From positions 70,636 through 134,635 of the forward strand of contig JBAZHC010000001.1 in assembly GCA_041652575.1 (NCBI GenBank): DNA of 64,000 bases, read 5' to 3'. Source of the DNA: Phycisphaerae bacterium (GTDB taxonomy: Bacteria > Planctomycetota > Phycisphaerae > Sedimentisphaerales > UBA12454). Of this stretch, positions 36,554 to 46,342 are shown one piece after another; positions within the stretch are counted from its first letter, which is position 1; every line of letters begins with the position of its first letter. The notes beneath the pieces were generated by a model that worked only from the letters and a program-made list of their open reading frames with translations, searched no databases and was not told the DNA's origin. The position numbers and the translations under genes are program-made.

Positions 36554-36974
36554 AAAATTCTCCCTTTAAGTAACTGAATTACAGGATTTTACAATCATAA
36601 CGGCGATAAGTCAATTAAAGGCTGATGCAGATGAAAAGGATTATAATCATTTTTTTGGCAGGGCGTGTTTAAAATCGGCGTTATCAGTATTGAAAACAGC
36701 TAATTTAGTGCAGGGAAAATGCTTGCTTTGCCGATAGAGGTTTAGTATAGTGTTGCCCAAGTCCCTGTCGAACGGGGTAGCAATAGGAATGTGGGGCCGG
36801 TAGAATCACGGCATAACCGGCTCAAACCTCCGACAGGACCCAACCGGCTCGTACTAACGGCCACCGTGAAAACAGAAAAGTTGAAAATTTGAAATTTTAT
36901 ATTTAAGTGCTATTTTGTCTTTTTGTTTCATATTTTCAATGATTGGGTTTAACTATTTAATTTCAAAAGACTTA

Positions 36975-37046
36975 TACCCGGTGGTGTAATTGGTAACACA
37001 GAGGCTTTTGGTGCCCCCATTCTAGGTTCGAGTCCTAGCCGGGTAG
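36975..37046 (+). tRNA. tRNA-Gln (anticodon UUG)
   Basis: A hand-folded cloverleaf. The acceptor stem TACCCGG/CCGGGTA has a U1:A72 pair and discriminator G73. The D arm is GTGT/ACAC. The anticodon stem is GAGGC/GCCCC with one A-C mismatch, and the loop is TTTTGGT. The T arm is CTAGG-TTCGAGT-CCTAG. No CCA is encoded. Confidence 0.8.
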
Positions 37047-37092
37047 TTAAAATAGTTAAAAGTGAATATTTGATATTAAAAGTGGATAGGTT

Positions 37093-38313
37093 ATGTCTGA
37101 AAAAGTTGCGATAATATTGGCCGCCGGCGTAAGCAGCCGGATGAACACCAAGCTGCCTAAGGTTCTGCACGAGGTCTGCGGAAGACCAATGCTGGCCTAT
37201 GTAGTCGATGCCTGCAGACAGGCTGGTATTCAGCAATTATATGTTATAGTCGGTTACGGCAAAGAACAGGTAATCGAGTATTTCAGCGACGACAAGAATA
37301 TTACCTGGATCGAACAGGCAGAACAAAAAGGCACTGGCCACGCGGTGATGTGCTGCAAAAAACATCTGGCTGATTTTGCCGGTGATACGCTTATTCTCTG
37401 CGGAGACGGTCCTTTAATCAGGACAGAAACGCTCAAGACGCTGATAGAAAAACACGAACGTGAAATGTCGTCGGCCACGCTGGCTACGGCAATTCTTGAC
37501 GACCCGAGCGGCTATGGCAGAATTGTCCGCGACAGTTACGGAAATATCCAGGGCATCGTCGAGGACGGCGATTGTAGTCCTGTTCAGAAAACAATCAGGG
37601 AAGTTAATCCGAGCTACTACTGCTTTAAGAATAAAACGCTTTTCGAGGCTCTGGAAAAGATAACACCTGACAATGTAAAGAAAGAATACTACCTGACCGA
37701 CGCACTGCATTTGATTATAAAGGCCGGCCATAAAGTCGTCGCTGTAACGGCGGTTGCTGCGGAAGACGCGATGGGCGTTAACAATCGTCAGCAGCTCAGC
37801 GAGGCAGGCAAGATTATGCAGCGAAGGGTTCAGGAAGGCTTTATGAAATCCGGCGTAACGATAGTCGACCCGCCTAATACGTGGATTGACGCCCGCGCAC
37901 AAATAGGACAGGATTCGGTAATTGAGCCTTTTACATATATTCGCGGACGGGTAAAGATTGGCAGCAACTGCAGAGTAGGGCCTTTTGCTCATCTTCGCGA
38001 CGGAACCGTGCTCGAGAACGATGTTGTTCTCGGCGTTTTTACCGAAGTGAAAAAATCGACGCTTGCCGACGGAGTCAGGGCCAGACATCACAGTTATATA
38101 GGCGACTCGAAAATCGGTAAAAATGTTACTATAGGCGCAGGTGCGATAACGGCGAACTTCGACGGCGAAAAAACAAATCCAAGTCAGGTTGGCGACGGAG
38201 CTTTTATCGGGGCCGGCTCGATACTCATCGCCCCGGTTACTGTTCCGGCTGGTACGCATATTTCGCCCGGCTCGGTAGTAAACGGCAGGGACGCCGCAGG
38301 AAAGAAAGAATAA
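37093..38313 (+). CDS. glmU: Bifunctional GlcNAc-1-P uridyltransferase / GlcN-1-P acetyltransferase
   Basis: Contains ILAAGVSSRMNTKLPKVLH, GTGHAV, and C-terminal left-handed beta-helix hexapeptide repeats. Confidence 0.85.
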   Translation: MSEKVAIILAAGVSSRMNTKLPKVLHEVCGRPMLAYVVDACRQAGIQQLYVIVGYGKEQVIEYFSDDKNITWIEQAEQKGTGHAVMCCKKHLADFAGDTLILCGDGPLIRTETLKTLIEKHEREMSSATLATAILDDPSGYGRIVRDSYGNIQGIVEDGDCSPVQKTIREVNPSYYCFKNKTLFEALEKITPDNVKKEYYLTDALHLIIKAGHKVVAVTAVAAEDAMGVNNRQQLSEAGKIMQRRVQEGFMKSGVTIVDPPNTWIDARAQIGQDSVIEPFTYIRGRVKIGSNCRVGPFAHLRDGTVLENDVVLGVFTEVKKSTLADGVRARHHSYIGDSKIGKNVTIGAGAITANFDGEKTNPSQVGDGAFIGAGSILIAPVTVPAGTHISPGSVVNGRDAAGKKE

Positions 38314-38325
38314 AGGGACTGATAA

Positions 38326-39273
38326 ATGCCTTTGAGTAAAAACATAAAGATTTTCAGCGGTTCGAGTAATCCGGAACTTACAGAGAAGATATGCAAGTAT
38401 CTCGAAGTGCCTATCGGCTGCGCTAAAATCGACAGGTTTCCCGACGGCGAAAAATTAATAAAGTGCGAAGACGATGTTCGCGGCAAGGATTGTTTTGTTG
38501 TGCAGTCCGGATGCAACCCAGTCGATGCGAATCTCGTCGAGCTTCTGATTTTTCTCGATTGCCTTAAACGCGCAAGCGCAAGCAGGGTAACCGCGGTTAT
38601 ACCGTATTTCGGTTATGCCCGGCAGGACAGAAAAGACGAGGGCAGAGTTCCGATAACAGCCAAGCTGGTTTCCAATCTTATAACCATAGCCGGCGCCGAC
38701 AGGGTTCTCGCGATGGACCTTCACGCCGCCCAGCTTCAGGGATTTTTCGATATTCCGGTCGATCATCTTTTTGCCGAGCCTGTGCTGACGAAATATTTCG
38801 GAACCAAAAAGATTGATAACCTGACAATAGTTTCGCCAGACCTTGGCAATATGAAACGAGCGGCGAGATACGTCGAACATCTCAACGGCGAACTGGCTAT
38901 AATTCACAAAAGACGCATAAACGGCAGAGAAGTCCAGTGCGAAGAAATTATCGGTTCGGTCAAGGGAAGAAATGTTCTGATGTGCGACGATATGATTTCA
39001 ACCGCCGGTACGATATGTTCGGCCGCCAAACTTGTCAAGAAACAGGGAGCAAATAAGGTATTTGTAGGCGCCACACACGGCATATTCTCCGACAAAGCCG
39101 TGGAAAGGATAGCCGATTCTCCGATTGACGAGATAGTGGTTACGGATACGATTCCCCTGGGAGCGAATACCAAAAAGCTCGCCAATCTCAAGGTGCTGAC
39201 CGTTTCGGATATACTCGGAGAAGCTATAAAACGAATACATAATAACGAATCTATAAGTGCAATGTTTGCGTAG
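38326..39273 (+). CDS. prs: Ribose-phosphate pyrophosphokinase
   Basis: Contains YFGYARQDRK and the PRPP-binding loop VLMCDDMISTAGT. Confidence 0.95.
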   Translation: MPLSKNIKIFSGSSNPELTEKICKYLEVPIGCAKIDRFPDGEKLIKCEDDVRGKDCFVVQSGCNPVDANLVELLIFLDCLKRASASRVTAVIPYFGYARQDRKDEGRVPITAKLVSNLITIAGADRVLAMDLHAAQLQGFFDIPVDHLFAEPVLTKYFGTKKIDNLTIVSPDLGNMKRAARYVEHLNGELAIIHKRRINGREVQCEEIIGSVKGRNVLMCDDMISTAGTICSAAKLVKKQGANKVFVGATHGIFSDKAVERIADSPIDEIVVTDTIPLGANTKKLANLKVLTVSDILGEAIKRIHNNESISAMFA

Positions 39274-39319
39274 TATATTGGTAACTTATAATTTATGCTG
39301 AAAATGAGGTAAAGATAAC

Positions 39320-39982
39320 ATGGCATCAAAAGAGCTGATTTTAAAGGCTGAAACAAGAACAGAGCGAGGGAAGAAACGTTCGGCGAAACTTCGTAAGGAA
39401 GGCAAAATTCCTGCCATAATTTATGGGCATAAACAAGAGCCGGAGGCTGTTGTCCTTAACGCTCATGATTTTGCCGAAGGCATCCGTCACGGACAAAGAC
39501 TGCTTGACGTTGAAATTGGCGGAAAAACAGAAAAGCTGCTGATTAAGGAAGTCCAGTACGACTATCTCGGCAGGAGTATAATTCATACCGACTTAATCAG
39601 AGTCGACCTGAGCGAAAAAGTTACGGTTGAAGTTCCGCTTGTATTCAAGGGCACTCCAGTCGGCGTGAGTGAAGGCGGAGTTCTTGAAGAGCATCTCGCC
39701 AAGATTGAGATTGAATGTACGGTAACAGAAATACCTGAAACAATCGATGTTTCTGTAAAGGGTCTCAAGATTGACGAATCGCTTCATACACGCGATATCG
39801 TACTGCCTGCCGGGGTCAGGCTTGTGACAGCACCTGATATACTTGTGGTTGCCTGTCATGAACCTATTGTTATCGCTGAGCCGGAGGCTGAAGCAGTGGC
39901 TGGGGCAGAGCCGACATCTCCTGAGGTTATTACAGAAAGAAAACCGAAGGAAGGTGAAGAAGACGCTGAAAAGAAGGCTTAA
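39320..39982 (+). CDS. rplY: 50S ribosomal protein L25 / general stress protein Ctc
   Basis: Contains KLRKEGKIPAIIYG, the two-domain Ctc form, and an acidic tail. Confidence 0.9.
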   Translation: MASKELILKAETRTERGKKRSAKLRKEGKIPAIIYGHKQEPEAVVLNAHDFAEGIRHGQRLLDVEIGGKTEKLLIKEVQYDYLGRSIIHTDLIRVDLSEKVTVEVPLVFKGTPVGVSEGGVLEEHLAKIEIECTVTEIPETIDVSVKGLKIDESLHTRDIVLPAGVRLVTAPDILVVACHEPIVIAEPEAEAVAGAEPTSPEVITERKPKEGEEDAEKKA

Positions 39983-40022
39983 CGATTTTAACGAGCCGCA
40001 ATGACAGGGCAGAAAAATCTGA

Positions 40023-40610
40023 ATGGACGAGATTAAGTTAATAGCCGGTCTTGGCAACCCTGACAAGGAATATGAAGGAACCCGTCATAATATCGGGTTC
40101 GAAGTTATAGAAAAACTGGCTGAGAAATTCGGCATCGAACTGCAAAAAGGAAAGTTTGGTGCAGCCTTCGGCCAGACGGTTCTTGAAGACAAAAAGTTAA
40201 TATTGCTGAAGCCGCTGAAATATATGAATAACAGCGGGCAGGTTATTGCGACGGTTGCCGGTTTTTATAAATTAGAACCGCAGCAGATATTTGTAATAAC
40301 CGATGACCTCGCTCTCGAACCGGGTCTGATAAGAATAAGAGCGTCCGGTTCGGCAGGCGGACATAACGGGCTTGCCGATATCGTCGAGAAAATAGGTACC
40401 GAAAATTTCAGCCGGCTAAGAGTCGGCATCGGCGACAAAGGCCAAATGCAGGGAAGGGATTATGTTCTTTCCAGACCGGGTCAGGCGGAAAGAGAGCTTC
40501 TGAATCAGGCCGTCATACAGGCGGCAGAAGCGACGGTCTTCTGGGTCAGCAACGGCGTTGACGCGGCGATGACAAAATTTAATAAAAAGAACGCAGTAAA
40601 AGATAAATAA
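40023..40610 (+). CDS. pth: Peptidyl-tRNA hydrolase
   Basis: Contains LIAGLGNPDKEYEGTRHNIGF and GSAGGHNG. Confidence 0.95.
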   Translation: MDEIKLIAGLGNPDKEYEGTRHNIGFEVIEKLAEKFGIELQKGKFGAAFGQTVLEDKKLILLKPLKYMNNSGQVIATVAGFYKLEPQQIFVITDDLALEPGLIRIRASGSAGGHNGLADIVEKIGTENFSRLRVGIGDKGQMQGRDYVLSRPGQAERELLNQAVIQAAEATVFWVSNGVDAAMTKFNKKNAVKDK

Positions 40611-40669
40611 AAGGTTCTAAACCTGAAATACAGTATTGTGATTAAAAGAATTGTTTAAGGAGTGTTAAT

Positions 40670-41125
40670 TTGGAAACCGTAACCAAGAGATTGTACGAGG
40701 CGTTGTTTCTCGTAGATTCCGGTGAGGCTGCTGCCGATTGGCAGGGCATAAATGACCATGTAAAAAAGATACTTGACCGCAACGAGGCGGAGATAGTCAG
40801 TATGCGGAAGTGGGATGAACGGCCGCTCGCATACGAGATTAAGGGCAAAAAGAGAGGCACTTATATTCTTGTCTACTTTAATGCTCCATGCGTAAAGTTG
40901 ACCGCAATTGAACGGGACTCGCAGCTTTCCGAAAGAATTATGCGTGTGCTTATTCTCCGCGGCGACCATGTAACGCCGGAAGATATAGCAAAGGATACTC
41001 CCGCAATGCTTGCGGAAAAAGGACAAGTTGTCAGCGCTCCTGTCGAAAAAGCGATTGCCAAGGAAGTGATTGCTGAAGAAGAAGACGATGATGAAATACC
41101 GGATATTGACGCAAAGCTGGATTAG
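40670..41125 (+). CDS. rpsF: 30S ribosomal protein S6
   Basis: Contains YEALFLV...WDERPLAYEIKGKKRGTYIL. A TTG start is preceded by the aaggag RBS, and the tail is acidic. Confidence 0.9.
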   Translation: METVTKRLYEALFLVDSGEAAADWQGINDHVKKILDRNEAEIVSMRKWDERPLAYEIKGKKRGTYILVYFNAPCVKLTAIERDSQLSERIMRVLILRGDHVTPEDIAKDTPAMLAEKGQVVSAPVEKAIAKEVIAEEEDDDEIPDIDAKLD

Positions 41126-41154
41126 GCAAGAGCTTTTTGCGAAAGGAAGTTGTT

Positions 41155-41586
41155 ATGGCGAATTTCAATAAGGTTATTCTGCTGGGTAATTTGACGCGGG
41201 ACCCGCAACTGTCTTATCTGCCCAGTCAGACTGCCGTTGTGGATTTCGGACTTGCGGTCAATCGCCGCTGGACCGGCCAGGACGGTCAGCAGCGTGACGA
41301 AACATGCTTTGTGGACTGCAGGGCGTTCGGCAAGCCGGCGGAAACAATAAATAAGTATTGTAAAAAGGGCAAACCTCTGCTGGTCGAAGGCAGACTGACA
41401 TTTGACAGCTGGACCGGACAGGACGGCGTCAAAAAAAGCAAGCTTAGGGTTACAGTGGAGACTTTCCAGTTTATGCCGATAGGCGGCCCAAGGCAGAGCG
41501 GCGGCGATACAGATGAATCCCATGCCCCGGCATCTGACGCTTCACAAAATGAGCCTCAAGCGGGCGGTGACGATATACCGTTTTAA
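41155..41586 (+). CDS. ssb: Single-stranded DNA-binding protein
   Basis: Contains MANFNKVILLGNLTRDP and the C-terminal DDIPF tip. The ATG at 41155 is preceded by aaggaag. Confidence 0.95.
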   Translation: MANFNKVILLGNLTRDPQLSYLPSQTAVVDFGLAVNRRWTGQDGQQRDETCFVDCRAFGKPAETINKYCKKGKPLLVEGRLTFDSWTGQDGVKKSKLRVTVETFQFMPIGGPRQSGGDTDESHAPASDASQNEPQAGGDDIPF

Positions 41587-41630
41587 TTTGAGATTTGAAA
41601 TTTTAGATTTTATTTTTAGGAGTAATTTAA

Positions 41631-41903
41631 GTGAGAGGTCAAAACTTTAAGAAAAAACCTGATAAGACGAACAGGAAGAAGAAACGCAGGGACAATGTCA
41701 GGGAACAGAATCAATGCAGGTTCTGCAGGTCGAAGACGAAATACGTTGATTACAAGGATACGGAGATTTTAGGCAAGCTGCTTACTCATCGGGGTAAGAT
41801 TTTCTCTCGTAAGCGCAGCGGAAACTGTGCGAGTTGTCAGCGGAAGGTCAAGCTGGCGATAAAACGCGCCCGTTTTATAGGATTGCTTCCGTTTACAAGT
41901 TAA
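41631..41903 (+). CDS. rpsR: 30S ribosomal protein S18
   Basis: Contains CRFC...VDYKDTEIL...KIFSRKRSG...KRARFIGLLPF. The start codon is GTG, preceded by aggag. Confidence 0.9.
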   Translation: MRGQNFKKKPDKTNRKKKRRDNVREQNQCRFCRSKTKYVDYKDTEILGKLLTHRGKIFSRKRSGNCASCQRKVKLAIKRARFIGLLPFTS

Positions 41904-41960
41904 TCGGCGGTTTTTAAACAGAAAATAAACCCAGACAGATTGGTTATTGGAGACGTTAGT

Positions 41961-42455
41961 ATGAAGGTTTTACTATGTGAAGATGTTGAAACCCTCGGCT
42001 GGTATGGCGATGTAGTGAATGTCCGCCAGGGATATGCAAGAAATTATCTTTTGCCTCAGAGATTGGCGACAATTCCGACAGAAGCAAAAATAAAGGCTAT
42101 GGCCGATGAGAAAGCCAAAAGAGCCGAGAAGAGAAAAGTTGTCATTGAAAATCTGAAGAAGGCCGCCGAAGCCGTCAATGGAGCCGAAGCCGTTATCGCC
42201 GCAAAGGCAAACGAGCAGGGCCATTTGTTCGGTTCGGTTACGGCAAAGGAAATTGCCGATAATCTTCGTCAGCAGGGTTTCGAAGTGGCTGAAAAATATG
42301 TTCGGATTGACGAACACATAAAAGAGGTCGGCCAGCATACCATTAGACTGAAATTTGCAGCGGATATTACCGCTACGGTAAAGGTTGTTGTAGTTCCGGA
42401 AAACGAGAATTCAGAAACGACCGATGGTTCAGAGACTCAGACAAAACCAGAATAA
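41961..42455 (+). CDS. rplI: 50S ribosomal protein L9
   Basis: Contains MKVLLCEDVETLG..GDVVNVRQGYARNYLLPQ. Confidence 0.9.
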   Translation: MKVLLCEDVETLGWYGDVVNVRQGYARNYLLPQRLATIPTEAKIKAMADEKAKRAEKRKVVIENLKKAAEAVNGAEAVIAAKANEQGHLFGSVTAKEIADNLRQQGFEVAEKYVRIDEHIKEVGQHTIRLKFAADITATVKVVVVPENENSETTDGSETQTKPE

Positions 42456-43836
42456 AAAGGCTCAAACTGCTGCACAAACGGATTCGTCAGCTTTGCAGCT
42501 TACCGGCAGGACTATGCCGGAATCGCTCGAAGCAGAAGCCGCGGTGCTCGGCTCGATGATACTCGACCCTGAATGTATAGGCCAGGTTGTTCAGCAGGTT
42601 ACGGCCAACTCGTTTTATCGTATCGAACATCAGATGATTTTCGAGGCGATAGTCTCGTTGTGGGAAAAGAAAAATGACAAGTTCGACCTTTTGCTGCTGC
42701 GGGACGAACTGAAAAACCGCAAACAGCTCGAGGAAATCGGCGGGGCGGAATATCTTGTCAAAGTAGCCGAGGCGGTGCCGTCCAGCGCCAATGTCGAACA
42801 GTACCTCAAGATAGTCAAAGACAAGCAGATGATGCGCGAGCTTATTTCCGCGGCAGGGGAGGTATTGTCCGAGGCTTTCGAGGATATGGGCGAGGCGGCG
42901 GAAAAGCTCGACAGGGCCGAACAGAAGATATTCAACGTTACACAGAAAAAAATAAGCGGCTCTGCGGCATCAATCAAGGACCTTTTGACCGAGGCCTTCG
43001 AGGCTATCGACAGACGGGAAGGACATCATGTAACCGGCCTTCCGACAGGATTTGCCGAGATGGACGACCTGACATGCGGACTTCAGAACGGCGAAATGAT
43101 TGTGATTGCGGGCAGGCCGAGTATGGGCAAAACAAGTTTCGCTATGAACATCGCCGAACATATCGGCGCAGATAACAATATACCTGTCGCGTTTTTCTCT
43201 CTTGAAATGAGCCGTCAGCAGCTCGCGGAGCGTATGCTTTGCGGCAGGGCGATGATGGATTCCCAGATTGTCCGAAAGGGTATGATTAGCGACAGTCAGT
43301 ATCAGGAGCTTGTGCACGCAGCAAGCGAGCTAAGCGAAAAACCTATTTATGTTGATGATACGCCCGGCATAACGCCTCTGGAATTAAGAGGCAAGGCCAG
43401 AAGACTTCGCAGCCGGTTTGGAATCAAATGTGTTTTCATCGATTACCTGCAGCTTATGAGTATGGGCGGCAGAGTAGAGTCCAGGCAGCAGGAAGTAAGC
43501 GAGATAAGCAGATATTTGAAAGCTCTCGCAAGAGAGCTCGAAGTACCTGTCATTGTTTTAAGTCAGCTTAACCGTTCGCCGGAAGGAAGAGAAGGACACA
43601 GGCCGAGAATGAGCGACCTGCGTGAAAGCGGCAGTATCGAACAGGACGCTGACGTCGTTATGCTGCTCCACCGGGAAGATTATTATCATAGAGGCGAAAC
43701 GGACTATGAAGATACTAACAGCGCGGAAGTAATCGTCGCAAAACAGCGTAATGGTCCGACGGATACGATAGAGTTGAGCTTTAACGGTATGTATACTCGC
43801 TTCGCCAATAAGACCAGAATCAAAGAACCTTTTTAA
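42424..43836 (+). CDS. dnaB: Replicative DNA helicase DnaB
   Basis: Contains PESLEAEAAVLGSMILDP, Walker A GRPSMGKTSF, and LSQLNR. The true start may be the ATG at 42514. Confidence 0.9.
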   Translation: MVQRLRQNQNKKAQTAAQTDSSALQLTGRTMPESLEAEAAVLGSMILDPECIGQVVQQVTANSFYRIEHQMIFEAIVSLWEKKNDKFDLLLLRDELKNRKQLEEIGGAEYLVKVAEAVPSSANVEQYLKIVKDKQMMRELISAAGEVLSEAFEDMGEAAEKLDRAEQKIFNVTQKKISGSAASIKDLLTEAFEAIDRREGHHVTGLPTGFAEMDDLTCGLQNGEMIVIAGRPSMGKTSFAMNIAEHIGADNNIPVAFFSLEMSRQQLAERMLCGRAMMDSQIVRKGMISDSQYQELVHAASELSEKPIYVDDTPGITPLELRGKARRLRSRFGIKCVFIDYLQLMSMGGRVESRQQEVSEISRYLKALARELEVPVIVLSQLNRSPEGREGHRPRMSDLRESGSIEQDADVVMLLHREDYYHRGETDYEDTNSAEVIVAKQRNGPTDTIELSFNGMYTRFANKTRIKEPF

Positions 43837-43883
43837 TGGCGACGCTCGGTTAACGTGATGGATTTTTATAGGAAAGGGATTTT

Positions 43884-46301
43884 ATGTTGAATTCCAAATG
43901 CCCTGGCAGGACTTACAGGCGGACTGGGTCGTTCTTTTTTATATTTATTCTATTATTTGTTCTTAATAATGCCGTACAGGCAGAATCAAACAATATCGCT
44001 CAGGCCGGCGATAGCAATCTTGCGCAGACAGAGCCGAGCAATGTTGAGCCGGCAGAGCCCGGCGATGCCGCGGCGCTCGAAAATAAGGTTATAGACAGTG
44101 TCCTGATACAGGGCAATATATACATCGGCAGCGAAAAAATATTATCGGCGATAAGAAGCAGGCAGGGTCAGCAGTTTACCGCTGCCGAGGCTCAGGAAGA
44201 TATAAAAAGAATCGCCGCTATCAATGGCGTCGAATTTGCCTATTACAGTCTTGAACCCGTCGGTCAGAATGTAAAAATAATCTTTGTTGTAAAAGAGAAA
44301 AGAGTTATTCGCCAGATAACCTTCAGTGGAGACAGGAAAATCGGCAGCGATAAACTCATCGAAAAACTCGGATTCTCGAGGGGAGATTATATTGATAATC
44401 TTACAGCGAAAGCCGGGGCTGAAAAACTTACCGAATATTACAAAAAAACGGGCTATCCGTTTGTCAAAGTTGATTTTGACGATTCCGGCATAGAGCAGGG
44501 CAGACTAAATTATATAATCGAACAGGGCACAAAAGTTAAAATTAAGAAAGTGAAATTCGAGGGAAACGCCTCGATGAAAAAGAAAGAACTTCTAAAGGCA
44601 ATCCGAAGCAAGCCGAGACAGCTTGGCTTCATCCAGAACTACTTCAAGCAGGATGTTGTCGATGACGACCTGATAAAATTGCAGCAGGCTTACGACAAAA
44701 GAGGTTACCTCGATACGAAAGTAACCGCCAGAACAGATTTCCGCAAAGACAAAAAAGGCGTCGATATTGTTTATGCCATTGATGAGGGCAGGCAGTATGA
44801 CGTTGCCAAAATAGAATTTACCGGCAATAAATTTTTGAGCGACGCTAATCTGGCAGGTAACTTCCGGCTGAAAGAAGGAAAATTTTACAGCAATGAAAAG
44901 TCTGACCTCGACAGAGACGAAATTCTCAGGTTATATCGTGAGCAGGGATTTATAGATGTTCAGGTGCAATCGGGCAGACAGTTTACCGCAGACAACAAAA
45001 TAATAGCAAAATTTGACGTAAAAGAAGGCGAAAGATTCCGCATAGGCCAGATAAATATTTCCGGCAACAAAACTGTGCAGGACAAGGTAATCAGGCGTGT
45101 CCTTGACGAAGATGATTTCAAGCCGGGCGAGTGGTATAATGCTCATATCGCTCAGGGTACAGGCGAAGGCCAGCTCGAAAAGGATATCAAAGCCGGGGTC
45201 TATACCGAAACTGCCACTATTACGCCGGTCGGAGAAAAACCGGGTCAGAAAGACGCTGAAGTCAGAATTACCGAGGGCAAGACCGGTTCGATACTTTTCG
45301 GTGCAGGCATCAGCAGTACGGACGGCCTGATTGGACAGATGGTTTATGAACAGAGGAACTTCGATGTAAAAAAATGGCCTAAAAACTGGCGAAAGTTCTT
45401 TTCTGAAAACGCCTTTAAGGGCGCAGGTCAGCGGTTAAGAATAGCGGCTGAGCCGGGTACTGAAGTGAGCCGATATTCAATCAGTTTTACAGAGCCGTAT
45501 CTGAAAGATAAGCCGATATCAATGACTGTTGCAGGTTCGAACTGGGAAAGAGGAAGAGAAAGCTATAACGAGATGAGGCAAAAAGGCTATCTGGGCTTTA
45601 CGAGGCGAATGAAAAAAGGCTGGTACAGAACTCTTGCGTTCCGGCTGGAGAATGTGGGTATAGAAGACATTGATGGCGATGCTCCAAAAGAGGTAAGGGA
45701 TGTAAAGGGTGATAACTTTCTTGCCGGCATAAGGATTGGCTTTGGAAGAAACAGCACTGACAGCCAATTCAATCCGACAACCGGAAGGAATTATGAATTA
45801 AGTTACGAACAGGTCGGCGGAGACCATACATTCGGAATTCTTGACGGAACATATCGCTGGTACAAAACGCTGCGTGAGGACCTTGCCAGACGAAAAACCG
45901 TCCTCGAGACAAAGTTTTACGCTGCGACGATTGTTGGCGATGCCCCGCTGTTTGAAAAATTTTATGCCGGCGGCAGCGGCAGCGTAAGAGGTTTCGAATA
46001 TCGCGGGATAAGTCCGCGTTCTGGCGCGGATAAAGACCCTGTAGGCAGCAGGTGGATAGCAACGGCCAGCGGCGAAGTTACAGTACCGCTGACGACCGAG
46101 GCGCTGTCTGCTCTTTTCTTTGTCGATACAGGTATGGTTGATACGGGCGGAATAAGAGTTGCTGCCGGTATAGGCATTCAGATTCTGCTGCCGCAGTGGT
46201 TCGGTCCTGTGCCGATGAGATTCGAACTTGCGACTCCGTTCATAAAAAGCGAAGATGATGATACTCAAATGTTTAGTTTCTCTGTGGGAACGTTATTTTA
46301 A
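43884..46301 (+). CDS. bamA: Outer-membrane protein assembly factor BamA (POTRA repeats plus Omp85 barrel)
   Basis: 805 aa with a signal sequence, repeated POTRA-like units (I..I.F.GN), and the C-terminal barrel ending FSFSVGTLF. Confidence 0.85.
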   Translation: MLNSKCPGRTYRRTGSFFFIFILLFVLNNAVQAESNNIAQAGDSNLAQTEPSNVEPAEPGDAAALENKVIDSVLIQGNIYIGSEKILSAIRSRQGQQFTAAEAQEDIKRIAAINGVEFAYYSLEPVGQNVKIIFVVKEKRVIRQITFSGDRKIGSDKLIEKLGFSRGDYIDNLTAKAGAEKLTEYYKKTGYPFVKVDFDDSGIEQGRLNYIIEQGTKVKIKKVKFEGNASMKKKELLKAIRSKPRQLGFIQNYFKQDVVDDDLIKLQQAYDKRGYLDTKVTARTDFRKDKKGVDIVYAIDEGRQYDVAKIEFTGNKFLSDANLAGNFRLKEGKFYSNEKSDLDRDEILRLYREQGFIDVQVQSGRQFTADNKIIAKFDVKEGERFRIGQINISGNKTVQDKVIRRVLDEDDFKPGEWYNAHIAQGTGEGQLEKDIKAGVYTETATITPVGEKPGQKDAEVRITEGKTGSILFGAGISSTDGLIGQMVYEQRNFDVKKWPKNWRKFFSENAFKGAGQRLRIAAEPGTEVSRYSISFTEPYLKDKPISMTVAGSNWERGRESYNEMRQKGYLGFTRRMKKGWYRTLAFRLENVGIEDIDGDAPKEVRDVKGDNFLAGIRIGFGRNSTDSQFNPTTGRNYELSYEQVGGDHTFGILDGTYRWYKTLREDLARRKTVLETKFYAATIVGDAPLFEKFYAGGSGSVRGFEYRGISPRSGADKDPVGSRWIATASGEVTVPLTTEALSALFFVDTGMVDTGGIRVAAGIGIQILLPQWFGPVPMRFELATPFIKSEDDDTQMFSFSVGTLF

Positions 46302-46342
46302 TCTGATATTTTTTTATGGATATAACTTAAGAAAGGATTGTT

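Noticed and set aside
36554-36974. RNase P RNA, SRP (4.5S) RNA, tmRNA or 6S RNA in the rfbA-tRNA spacer.
   Set aside because: The structured part is only about 130 nt. I could not find the GAGGAAAGUCC / ACAGAA..CGGCUUA boxes of RNase P, the GGAA-tetraloop/AGCA domain IV of SRP RNA, or tRNA-like ends of tmRNA. It is kept only as an unassigned candidate in the findings.
36975-37046. Reading the tRNA anticodon as UGG (Pro).
   Set aside because: With the only workable 5-bp anticodon stem, the 7-nt loop is UUUUGGU, which places UUG at positions 34-36. The U1:A72 pair and G73 also fit glutamine identity.
37414-38259. Long antisense ORFs inside confident genes. Examples are 37414-38259 versus glmU, 47093-47989 versus lpxD, 7441-8142 versus the ATPase, 14512-15135 versus a pilin, 53341-53967 versus uvrA, 35199-35930 versus rfbC/rfbD, and 49303-49917 versus lpxA.
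   Set aside because: Each lies opposite a gene with unmistakable family motifs. Their translations are Arg/Ser/Cys-rich with no motifs, as expected for shadow ORFs.
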